Source: Trichosphaerium sp. ATCC 40318
Lineage: Eukaryota; Protista; Tubulinea
Length of the DNA stretch: 64,000 nt
NCBI GenBank assembly: GCA_038496445.1
Contig: JALMLS010000418.1
Location: 186,001-250,000 of the forward strand
Direction: 5' to 3'
Part shown: positions 1 to 10,600 of the stretch, piece by piece
How positions within the stretch are numbered: position 1 is the first letter of the stretch
Layout of the letters: every line of letters begins with the position of its first letter
Notes under the pieces: generated by a model
Database searches by the model: none
Told to the model about the DNA's origin: nothing
What the model saw: the letters and a program-made list of their open reading frames with translations, nothing else
Position numbers and translations under genes: made by a program

Positions 1-711
1 AAACTTTTGGCTCTTGCAAACACAGATAGCGACAGTGATTTTTATAGGAGTAAAGTACAACAACCACAACGTAATACAGAAGATACACTTGCGACATTAA
101 AAAGAACGAGCGAGGAAACTCCTTCTTCGCCTAGTACTACAATTAAACAACGTAAGAAGAAAACTAGAACGCCTAAAACAAAAAATATTGGACGATCCAA
201 GAAAGTTGTCAAGAAATCACCTTCTGCTAAGCTAGGTGTATCAAGTGTTGGTAAAAACATTAAAGATGAGGTTAGAGTAAAGCCAGAGAAAGAAAAAAAG
301 CCGGCGATAAAGAAGGAAAGCAATTTTTCTTTGGATGATTTGTTGGATATGGATTTAGAGGATACCTCGGTTTTAGGACACCGGAACGAACAAGAGACAT
401 ACTTTGATATGCTACAAACACAAGAGCCAGAACTAGAACAAGAACCTGAGCCAGAACCGGAATTACCAAAGCCTAGAATGGCGCGAACGCCCAAAAAAGA
501 GCCGACAACCCAAAAACAGCCCACAAAAGCCAAACGTGAACCTGAACTCGATGAGCGCACGCAACCCTCTTCTGGTAAGAAACCAAAGACACTAGATGAG
601 TTATTGGATTGGGGATGTGGTAGTGAACAGGACAAGAGTAGTGATGAAGATGAACTGACACCTGCAAAGACTCCAACAAAAGATTTTTTTAAAAGGTTCA
701 AATACATGTAA
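1..711 (+). CDS. 3' end of a low-complexity, charged (K/E/P-rich) hypothetical protein, truncated by the window start
   Basis: Open frame from the window edge to TAA at 709-711; EPEPEPE and Lys-rich tracts; no recognisable domain. Confidence 0.7.
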   Translation, partial: KLLALANTDSDSDFYRSKVQQPQRNTEDTLATLKRTSEETPSSPSTTIKQRKKKTRTPKTKNIGRSKKVVKKSPSAKLGVSSVGKNIKDEVRVKPEKEKKPAIKKESNFSLDDLLDMDLEDTSVLGHRNEQETYFDMLQTQEPELEQEPEPEPELPKPRMARTPKKEPTTQKQPTKAKREPELDERTQPSSGKKPKTLDELLDWGCGSEQDKSSDEDELTPAKTPTKDFFKRFKYM

Positions 712-824
712 TAAATAGAAGTTTAAAGATAAAATAACCAAACCCTGTTTTGGTCAGTTTGTTCTGGAGATATTAAATTGTAACGTTGTTGACGCTTTTC
801 ATGTGATGTTGAGGTTACGTGGTG

Positions 825-881
825 AGAGTGTTCCCGGAGGAACACTTGTGTCAGTAGAGTGTTCCCGCAGAAACACTTGTG
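825..881. repeat. Two-unit direct repeat (26 bp, period 31); each unit is an inverted repeat
   Basis: AGAGTGTTCCCGGAGGAACACTTGTG (825-850) and AGAGTGTTCCCGCAGAAACACTTGTG (856-881); unit 1 has AGTGTTCC/GGAACACT arms. Confidence 0.8.
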
Positions 882-1298
882 ACTTAGTTGTTAATTAAAT
901 CCTTGGTGGTTAAACGCGTTTATTATTACCATTGGTTGCCCGCAATGCCGTTATGGGTACAAAACTGTCGACAGCTGAATTTTCATTTGGCTTTTTTAGG
1001 CGGACTTATTTGCGCGAAGCATGACGTTATAATACCTATTCTGTAGCAGCGCGAGCATTAAGTGGGTTACACTTTACACATTTAATTCGTAACGTACTGC
1101 TACTACAACGAAGAGAAATATATTAAGACCCATCTTACACAAGCTACGGCTATTGGTCAATGGTTCAGACCACTGTTGTAGCCGTACGCATAATATTAAC
1201 CAAAAGTTTTGATCTTTCTTGCGTTTTGTTTTAAAACGGTGTACGTTGCAACCCTATTGAATGACAATAACAGGAAAGCGCTCTGTAAGAGTACAGAT

Positions 1299-4200
1299 AT
1301 GGAACATTCAGAGTATTTATTTCAACTCGTTCTAAGAGATCCAGAAGCTTTTGAGCTATTCCAGACGTTCCTAAAATCAGAATACGCAAATGAAAACCTC
1401 GATTTCTTTTTGGCCATTGAAAGCTTCAGGAAGCATTTAAAAACAGGTACAATTACTTTATGACGCATGTTACTGACGTACAAGAAGACAATGAGAGCGC
1501 TATAGCAATTTACACTCAGTTTTTCGTGGAGGATAACATAAACGTCAGCGGACCAACAGCACAAAAGCTTGTTAATTGTTTCAAGCAGAAAAAATTCTGT
1601 AGAGACTCATTTCAGAAGGCTCAATACGAGATTTATATAAACATTGTTACAGACTTATTTAATCGCTTCCGGAACAATAAACTATGGAAAGAATTTACTT
1701 ACAAGAGGGAGAACAGTTTACAGGATATATTAAGAGATGATTGCCTGTCTGAAGTGCGCTTGGATCATTTTTCTGAACGTTTGAAGTTTCGTGCTAACCA
1801 ATTTTTTTAAATGAAGGCGTTGCGAGAGTATCTGTATGAGAACGGTAGAGAGCATGATGTTATGGATTTTATGATGTCCGTGATTGATTTTAAACAAGTA
1901 CCAGATAAGGTAAGTCAATTGAACCCGAATGGGTTTATATTGTTACCAACGCCATGTAACAATTGTCTTTAATCTATTACGCTGTTTTATTAACTAGATC
2001 TTTTACTTCAGCCTTCAGAATTACAAAAGCACGGAAATGAATTAATTCATCGCTATTTCACACCAGTACAACGTTTAAGATTATCTAAGGCGATGACAAA
2101 CGATATTATCAATACAACGAAGTTTGATTCATCAACTTTTGATAAAAGCTTTCAAGCGTCATTTGCTCATATTATAGCAAGGCATTTACCTTATTTCCTA
2201 CACAGTCAATACTACAAGAAGGCAATGACAGCACAGAAAGAAAAAGTAAAGGTACTTGTGAACCTCTTTCCTCAAAACAAAGTATTCTTTATTTTCATCC
2301 TCTAACTTTTTCTGAAAAAAGGGTGGCCGATTCTTATTGAGAAAAGCTCGTGTTGTAGTTGTAGGAGGATCGCTTGGTGATGCTTCAGGAGCAATAATTG
2401 CTAGAGCACTTGATAAAGAGCCTAGTTTTGATGCTGTATTTATTGACTCAAGCGTAAGTTTTACCCGTTTTTTTCTTTCTTTTTTTTTTTCTCTCAAATA
2501 AATCAAGTACAATCGTTTCAAAACGATTCATTTGAACGTATACAGTTTGAGACAGTACCATTCTAACTATTGGGGAACTTGGCATCTAAATCTACAAACG
2601 ATTAACTCAAAAAAAAGTTTGTTTTGTCATTTTCTAGTATTGTACTCTATTTTTCCGCTTTTATTTACTTTATTCACTTAGGAACGTTTTGAGTTAACTC
2701 CGGCTATATTATGTGCTTTAAGAACTAAACATAATAGAGTACAAGAAGCAACACAACTATACGCTATAGATCATGCTAAATATCTTAAAAACACAAAAAT
2801 AATTACAGAATTTGTTTCACAAATATCTCCAAACAAAATAGTCCTACAGAATAGAACATTGTACTATGATTATCTTATATTATGCTCTGGACATTGTGTA
2901 TACTCTGGATCATTTGATGGAAGTTTATCAAGCTCTGCTGTTAAAGATTTTGATATCCGACATTTAGTTGGACAAGATTTGTGGAACGTTAAGAAGATAG
3001 CTATCATTGGTTCAGGTACATTTCCACCAAAAAGTCTGAGGAATGTTGACCTTTAATTAAGGTCGGTTGGCTATTGCTGCTGCTTTTGAGGCTTTGACTT
3101 GTTCTCCGTCAACACATGTACATATAATAACAAAATCAAAGACGTTATTGGAGCATATAGATGAAGTTGTACGTAAAACAATACTTTTTTTTTTTGGATG
3201 TTTTTTTTTACAGTCTGATTAATCTTTTGGGGTTCTTATTTTTGTGCGTTTAGGTAGCAGAAAAGATAGAAAAGATTCTACGGAAGAAGGGAGTTACATT
3301 TGATTTTAATGTAGATACGACCAAACTTAAGAAAACAAACAAGACGTATAAGGGATCTGGAGTCACTTTTAAGGCAGATAAATTACTTATTTGTGAGGAA
3401 GGACCTGATACAGAGTTTCTTAAACATAGCTTTCCAGATTCCTTGGATACTCGATCTTACGTAAAGGTAACTACAAGAGATAAACGTTGGCTGAAAACCA
3501 TTCCTTTGGTTTCTTGTTTTTTTCCGGAAAAAAAGTTTGCCCGCTTTCTCTCATTCGTTTTCTCTTTTCCTTCTCATGTTTCTGGTTTGGCTACAGTGCT
3601 TCTCTGCTGTTTATTTTCTATCCGGCTTTTGTATTCATTTTATTATTTAGGTTAACCAGCATATGCAAGTATTTGGCTGCCCGAACATATTTGCTGGTGG
3701 TAGTGTAATATCAAATTCTAAATGTATCTCAGCCGAATCAGTTCAAGCACAAACTTCAGTTATAGTAAAAAATCTTAAGCTGTTATCTAAAGGAAAGGAT
3801 CCTAAGAGTATAATTGTCGTACGTACAAAACGAAAGTCAACAAAAAACCAAAAACCACAATTTCTTTGAAAAAAAAACTAAATAAAAAACAGGTTCCAAA
3901 AGATGAAAAAGATTACCTGTGTATGGGCTCTGGCGCTGCTCTAATATATCAGAATAATAAGTAAGTTTAGTTATCCATTTATACGCAGTTAGATGTCTAA
4001 CAACGCTATTAGGATCATAGAAATAGGTTCAGGTGGTTACCGTGTACAGGAGAGTCAGTGGAGAGCTTTAATGAATCAATTACAAGGAAAGAAATATAAA
4101 CTCGCTAGACCAAAGTTTATGTCCCATAGCATTGGGCGTAATAAACATTCCTCAGAAGGTAAATCAAGATATACTAGGGTATTCAGGAAAGGTAGTAGCC

Positions 4201-5687
4201 GGAATAGTTGTCCAGCTAAGCAATCACAAAAGGAAGATTTACCACCAAGAGTAAAGGTACTTTTTGTTTTGTTACTTGAGAACTTTATCGATACTTATGC
4301 CCTTATTTGAAGGTTCTTATTATGGAATGTATATCGTACACTACGCTAGCAGTTCTAAATAATGTGTTAAAACAGGGTATTGGCGTTAGGGTGGCTGTTC
4401 CTAAGTTTTGTGCGAAAAAACTAGGTACACTTTTATTACAAACTCCCACGTTATTCGTTTGTCTCTAACAGTTGAATTATAGCGTCCAAAATAAAATCCT
4501 TGGCCTCACGATATAGGCACATGGAGCTCGCTAATTTTGATATATCAGATATAAGTTCGATTAAATCAGTTCTATCTGGTAAGACATTGATTGTTTGATC
4601 AAAAACACTTGGATTTTACGTTTTCAGCTCACAATTACCTTTAGGTATTGATTTATTATTCCTCACTACTAGTAATGATGCATCTGATGTTACACTGAGG
4701 CTACCTAAATTAATTAATGGCATCAAGAAATGCGGCAATCACATCAAACATGTTGTCTTCTCTCTTTGTGGTAATTTATTCTGTGGACGTATGAGGAACA
4801 AATTAAGTGGGATTTATAAAAAAGCAGAGAGTATTGTAGAGACTCTAGATAACCCACTTACAGTATTACATCTTGCTGGTCTTTATGAAGATGTTCTATT
4901 ACGTGTTGCTAAATGTGTGAAGACGAAGAGAAGTATCTACGGCGTTGACGGATCGCGCTTTGTACGAGACAAGTCGAGATGTCAGATTACTAAATTTTTT
5001 TTCTTAGTTTTATATTTCTGTCAATGACTTTACAAGCGCGATTTGTACTATATTCACATCACCTGGAAAACATGCCAATATGCTATATGAGCTTGTTTAT
5101 GAGACAGAGCCGGGAGGAGTGTCTAATACTGTGTTAGCGACCTGGGTGACGCAATCAAGTATGTTTTTTTTTGCGTTTCACTAGAATTAAGTTACTTTCT
5201 TTTTCTTTTGTTCTTTTGTTCTCTTGGTTTTTCTGACTTGTATATAGTTGCCATGGAAGTCAAAGTCGTACTACATAAAGGCACGGATTGTGTGCCTAAT
5301 TTTACAAAACATTATGGCTATACTGATGAATATGCTATGGTAAGGACAGCAAAGACTTAATCCAACATAACGTGATTTTTTTCTAACCATTTTTTCTAGT
5401 TACTTTCAAACCAATTAGAAGAATATGGTGGCCTCTCGCGTGTGGCTTCAAGTACGTTACTACCTAATCCTGTTTAAAGATATATAATACTGATACTTTG
5501 CTCTCTAGATGACTTGGAACACTTGATAGGTAGAAAGCCTAAAGGGCTTTATGCTTGGATTCAAGAGAACAGCCACTTTTTTGTTCCGTTGCCTTCTGAA
5601 AAAAGTGTACGGCGTTTGAGGTGTTCTTTGAGCTCTGTAAGTAAAGACTCAACATCACCAAGCATATCTAGTGCAAGTGAGTGCTAG
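1299..5687 (+). CDS. Multi-exon fusion: two RGS domains + AIF/FSP1(AMID)-like flavoprotein domain + NmrA/atypical-SDR-like domain
   Basis: RGS1 LFQTFLKSEYANENLDFFLAIESFR...INVS...FNRF; RGS2 ALREYLYENGREHDVMDFMMSVIDFK...LPYF; flavoprotein VVVVGG, YDYLILCSG, IAIIGSG, YVKVNQHMQVFGCPNIFAGG; NmrA ELANFDISDISSIKSVLSGIDLLFL and DDLEHLIGRKPKGLYAWIQEN. Domain junctions splice in frame; stop TAG at 5685-5687. The start may lie further upstream. Confidence 0.8.
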
Positions 5688-5856
5688 TTTATGCCTCTTG
5701 TGGTTAAAAAACCTAAATTGTAATAAACTTGTGTACAATAATATTGCTGTTGTTGAAGTAAGTCGCTCTCCGTCAAACCTGCAAAACGTTCTTAACCCAC
5801 TTCTAGATCCGCCACTCAAGCAACGAAGAAGGCAAGTACTAGTAGTTTATTTGCAA

Positions 5857-7403
5857 TCACAACAGTAGTACAAAAATGAAAAGAGATATAACAAAAAGGC
5901 CGATGTGCATAGTCTTTGAACTCGAAGATGGTGCTGTGGTGGAGCCTGATGGTGCTGTAGGTCCAACTGTAGTTGGTGAACTTGTTATTGAACTACTAAT
6001 AGGACTACTGGTCGGATCTATAGGCTCTATTGGTTCAGAAGGCGCGTTCTCTGTCTCGTACCATATCCATTGATCAACAGTGAATTTTTCGTACTGCCCA
6101 ACCTTAAAAAACAGCTTTTCTGTGGGACCTTTTATCTCGCCAGTGTCAGAGTTGTTAAACATTTCTGTGTCAGAAATATTGACTAACAAATTGTTTTCAA
6201 TTGTTGACGAATAGCTTTCTATATTTCTCATCAAAGGCCTCTCCATCTCTCGGCATTCAAATATATTATTCTTTACTATGATCGTACTAAAGTTAGTTGA
6301 ACGTGGGAATCCAAGCAATCCTTCTTTTCGTGGGGTTGATGTTTTGTAAGCGATCACGTGATTATTCGAAAAGTTAAAGTTATTAAACGGTGATTGTGCC
6401 CAGAATAATCCTCTTCCTGGGTTCATGATAAGGTTATTAAACATTCTTGTACCTCCTGGCGCCACAACGTTACCAAAATCTGATATAAGGTTACCACCAT
6501 CGCTGGACGTACTGAAAGAAAAAAGATTATTACTCACAATGGCCAAGTTTCTCGCCCATTCTAGAGAGTATGATCTAAAGAATAAGTTGTGATGAATATA
6601 GAAACTATAGTCTCCAGGTACGGTTGAAGGACCACCACTATATTTAGGTATAGAGATAACACCATCCAAGAAGTTATGATCAATTTCTACGTCCCAATCA
6701 TTTTCGAAAGGAAACTCAATAGCGAAATTGACTTTAACTGTATTATGGTGTATGCGACAGTACCTACATTCCCTTCCTTTGAAACCATAAACACCATCAG
6801 ATATTCCACTAACACGTGATATATGATTATTCCAAAATTCTGAATGTTCAGTCCACGTGAGAAAAAGAGAACCACCAGTTGATCCTACTTTATCTGCAGC
6901 ATCAATAAAAATGTTATCGTGGATTTTACCATAGCTCATCCTGAACGTCCTTAAACCGCTCCAAGTTGCATTCAAAATTTGAACAAAAGCCATAGTAAAA
7001 GAGTCACAGTCATCGCCATAAACAAGACCATGAAGCTGTTTTTTCCCATCAAGAGTCATATTAGAAATAGTTACATTGTCTTTACCGAAACCCATCGATA
7101 TTAGATAAGCCGATTGGTTAACAGATGATGGGTTTACAGCGTTATCAGGTAGTCCATTGGATCCAGGGTTCCACGTGGCATCAACAGTGATCACTGTCTT
7201 TCCAATACCAGCGCCAACTAGAGTTTGCCCGTTTTTGAGTCTAAGTGTTTTAGATAGTACATAAACTCCTTCAGCAATGTTATCTGGTCGAATTCTACGC
7301 CGTTGGTAGTCGCATTGATAAGATCCGCTGTATTCTTCACGATATAGCTTGATACGCTACATGTGAACAGTATCGTAATGAGAATAACCGCTGAGAAGCT
7401 CAT
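5857..7403 (-). CDS. Intronless secreted right-handed parallel beta-helix (pectin lyase-like) protein with S/T/P stalk and C-terminal hydrophobic (GPI/TM) anchor; 1-nt frameshift near 7280
   Basis: Signal peptide MSFSAVILITILFTCSVSS. Shifting frame at ~7280 gives IAEGVYVLSKTLRLKNGQTLVGAGIGKTVITVDA, continuous with the 445-aa ORF. Repeated IHDN/IHHN/IDHN beta-helix rungs; hydrophobic end IGLFVISLFIFVLLL*. Confidence 0.8.
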
Positions 7404-7626
7404 GGTTTCGATTATTTGTTTTATAGTTTAAGTCATGTTAATTAATCAATGCTAAGCCATCTCGTGGAGCTACAAGCAACCAACTCCATTTCTGAGAGAA
7501 TAACACTCTGTGATAGAAAGGGTGTGTCCCAACTAGCGATTGTACACCTTTCAATGTAGATTCCTGTCCACTTTTTTTTTAGATTTGGGTTTTTTTTACT
7601 TACAATTTTTTTGTTTTATATTTACA

Positions 7627-10600
7627 TTACTGTGTTTTGATAAGTAATAACCAACAAAAGTGACATATGGCATTAACAACTTGTGTTAGATGTTGAGCTT
7701 CACAATCGCGGAGTGGATCTTTATCAGAAACTGTATCAAAGGCAACTTTTTTGCGCCAAAGCCAAATAGAAACACTTTCTTCATGGTCTTGTTCTAAGAA
7801 AAAAAAAGAGGTTTTAGAGCCACCTGGAAAAAATAATATCAATTAGTTACCTCTACCCTTAAGGTGTAATAGCAAGTCTGAGTTTTCGGTGTTGAATATA
7901 AACAAATGAAGTACTGGTGAGTCTGTAAGCATACATACTTTTCCTTTAAAAATGTTCGATAAAAATTCAAACAGTGATCTGTGGGAGAATCTCTGAGATA
8001 GTAGCGGTTTTAGACTTGAGTCTAGCATCTCTAATGGACGTATGTATACACAATGCTCTAATGTACCAAATTGTTCAACCTAAAATAAATAATGTAAGCA
8101 GGAAGCAAGGTATTGTCTACAAATTCATTTGCGCACAGTTATTTGGTTTGGAGGTTGTGTCAATGCCTTCCATAGATGATCCCTTTCTGAATGCTTAACA
8201 GCTTCTTTCATAACTTGTTCAACTCTCCTTTTAACTTGATATATGCTTTCTTTGAGTAACTACAGAGGAAAGCGATCAGCAACAAACAAAAAAAGAATGG
8301 GCACATTTGGAACGAAAAAAAAGAAAAAAAGAGGAACGTACTTGGTCATTAACACGTCTCATGTGTGTTGGTGAACTTCCTTGTAGAACATCTGTATTTT
8401 CTTGGTCTTCTTCTGTTTCCGTAGATTCCGGCTCATGTGTTATATTGAGAGCATGAGGGATGATTGTAGATCGATGACAACGTAGCATATAAATAATAAG
8501 TCGTATTTGGCTTGTAGGTTTATCAAGTGTGCTCGCTGGTTGGTCTTGAGATAAAAATACAATACTCATATAATCGAAAGGATGTCTAGGATTAAAATCA
8601 CCAGCCTGACCTAGAAACAAAAACATAAACATCAAACAGCACCAAAAGGTTTTTTGCTTGCGTACCTCCAATTTTAAGTCTCATTGAATCCTCCGGTTGT
8701 ACAGGAAGAAGAATAGCTGGTTCTATACCATACTCTGCAAGTGATCTTAATCTATACTGTGATGCTCCTTTAGATGTATAAGTGAATGTTTCAGTTGGTG
8801 TAAGCCTTGAGCTTTGTGAATTCGGTAACGAAAGTTCATATGTATGTTTATACAAGCAATTCCTTGCAAAAGTTGGAGGCTTTGCGAACTCTCTAAACAT
8901 GGTCTCCAATATACAAATCTAAAAGAAAATGATTACTCACTCGCTCATCTATTGATAATAATATACTAATAAAAAAGAAACACGTGAACATCACGTGGAA
9001 TGGAATAACTCAAAAAAAGATAAAAAAGTTGAAACAAATAGAAAACTTACTAGGTCTGCTGGAGGATGTGTAGAGGTTGATTGAGTTTTGTTTAAGAAGT
9101 TATGTAATCGCCTAACATGGAAATCGTATGTGAATGAATTGAGGTGAAGTTTGCTCTTGAGGTGTGTGCAATCTCTTGTAAAATTTCGACGCAGTTGTAT
9201 ACGCCTACGCCTGTTTTGTACTTTTGAAGATACGACCTGGTTGAAATGAAGCTTATGCATAGCGTATAGATCACAAGTTACAAAGTAATCAAATGTACTG
9301 AGTTCTATAAGAAGCATACCACCTCTGAAGACTTTCGCAAGAAGTATAGGGCCGCTATACTCTTCATTGTCAGGTGAGCTAGCACCAAGTTAGCAGAACA
9401 GTTTTTAATCAAATACGCTTGTTTACGGAAGAAATTACTTAACCGCCCATAGCATACGTACATTACTTCTATCTTCTTGAGTGCGTGGTAGTCCATATAC
9501 TCAAGGTAATCATTTACAAAGTGAGAGAAGACTTGAGTGGCAATTTTGTCTTGTTCTTTTTGTGGTGTTAATGTATGAACCATTATCTTCTCTCCAGGTG
9601 CCGTAGTATTATCCTTGATTGTAGATATGAGGTTTGTTGCCTTAATGGTAGTTATAAGTATTGTTTAAGTGATTTGGTAACTATGAGCGTACTCGAGAAT
9701 ACAAGAAAGGTACTCTGCATCCGTGGAAGAGTCGAGAATTTCGCTTAATGTTCCTTAACAGATGTGTTGTTACTTTACCTCCTTTGAGGTGATTAAAGGC
9801 TACATCTGTAGAAAAACTATCAGGAACTTTGACAGGCATTGCAAAGTGGCTTTTAGTCAATTCTGAGAACGTAATCTTTGGTATTGTTCGAGTTGCTCGA
9901 CCTAACAGCGAATGTTAAAAAAACCCATACTTTACAGAATATTGCTCTCAAACCTGATCGTCCTGCACCATGGTGCTGTTGTTTTGGTAAAGGCTTTGGT
10001 GGCGCTACATTATGAGCATTCATTTTATGCATGAGAATGCTGTGTAAGTCTACATAGGTTTGCCTAATGCATAAAAGTTAAGATCTGTTTGGAGGTGTTG
10101 TTTTAATAACAGTACCTGGCAGCATTACTGAGTGCTACAATAACCGTTTTTATAGTTTCCAGTTCAGGGAGTGCTTGGTTGTATGCTTTGATTGTTGTAC
10201 TTTGTGTACTTATACATATGATAGTACACCCTGAGCGTTTTATATGAATCAAATCTTTGCCTTCTTTGACCTATGTTACAATCAGCATTTACAAGCTTTG
10301 TGTTCTAGTACCAATCTTATATCCTGATAGAATAGAATAGATCTACCGGCATCAGGTTTATCTGATAATAAGTTAATAATCAATTAATGTGATATAAGCG
10401 ATGGTACCTTTTGTACCATTTATTTCTTTACCAATAACTATTATAAAACGTGATTGATCTTTATTCAGCATAAGAATCTCTGGAGTGAGATGAACCTTAT
10501 CGCTAGCGTCGCACCTGTTTTAGTAGTATAAGCACGTATAAGAATGACTTAAAAAACGTACCTTATATAACGTGCTTGTCCTTGAGCGTCTGTTGCTTCA

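Noticed and set aside
42-707. 221-aa minus-strand ORF
   Set aside because: Antisense shadow of the low-complexity plus-strand exon.
953-1024. MGTKLS myristoylation-like start upstream of the RGS gene
   Set aside because: Stops after 23 codons and I could not splice it in frame to the RGS exon.
7460-7552. Two hairpins with an ANANNA hinge (H/ACA snoRNA-like)
   Set aside because: No ACA tail after the second hairpin; stems of this length arise by chance.
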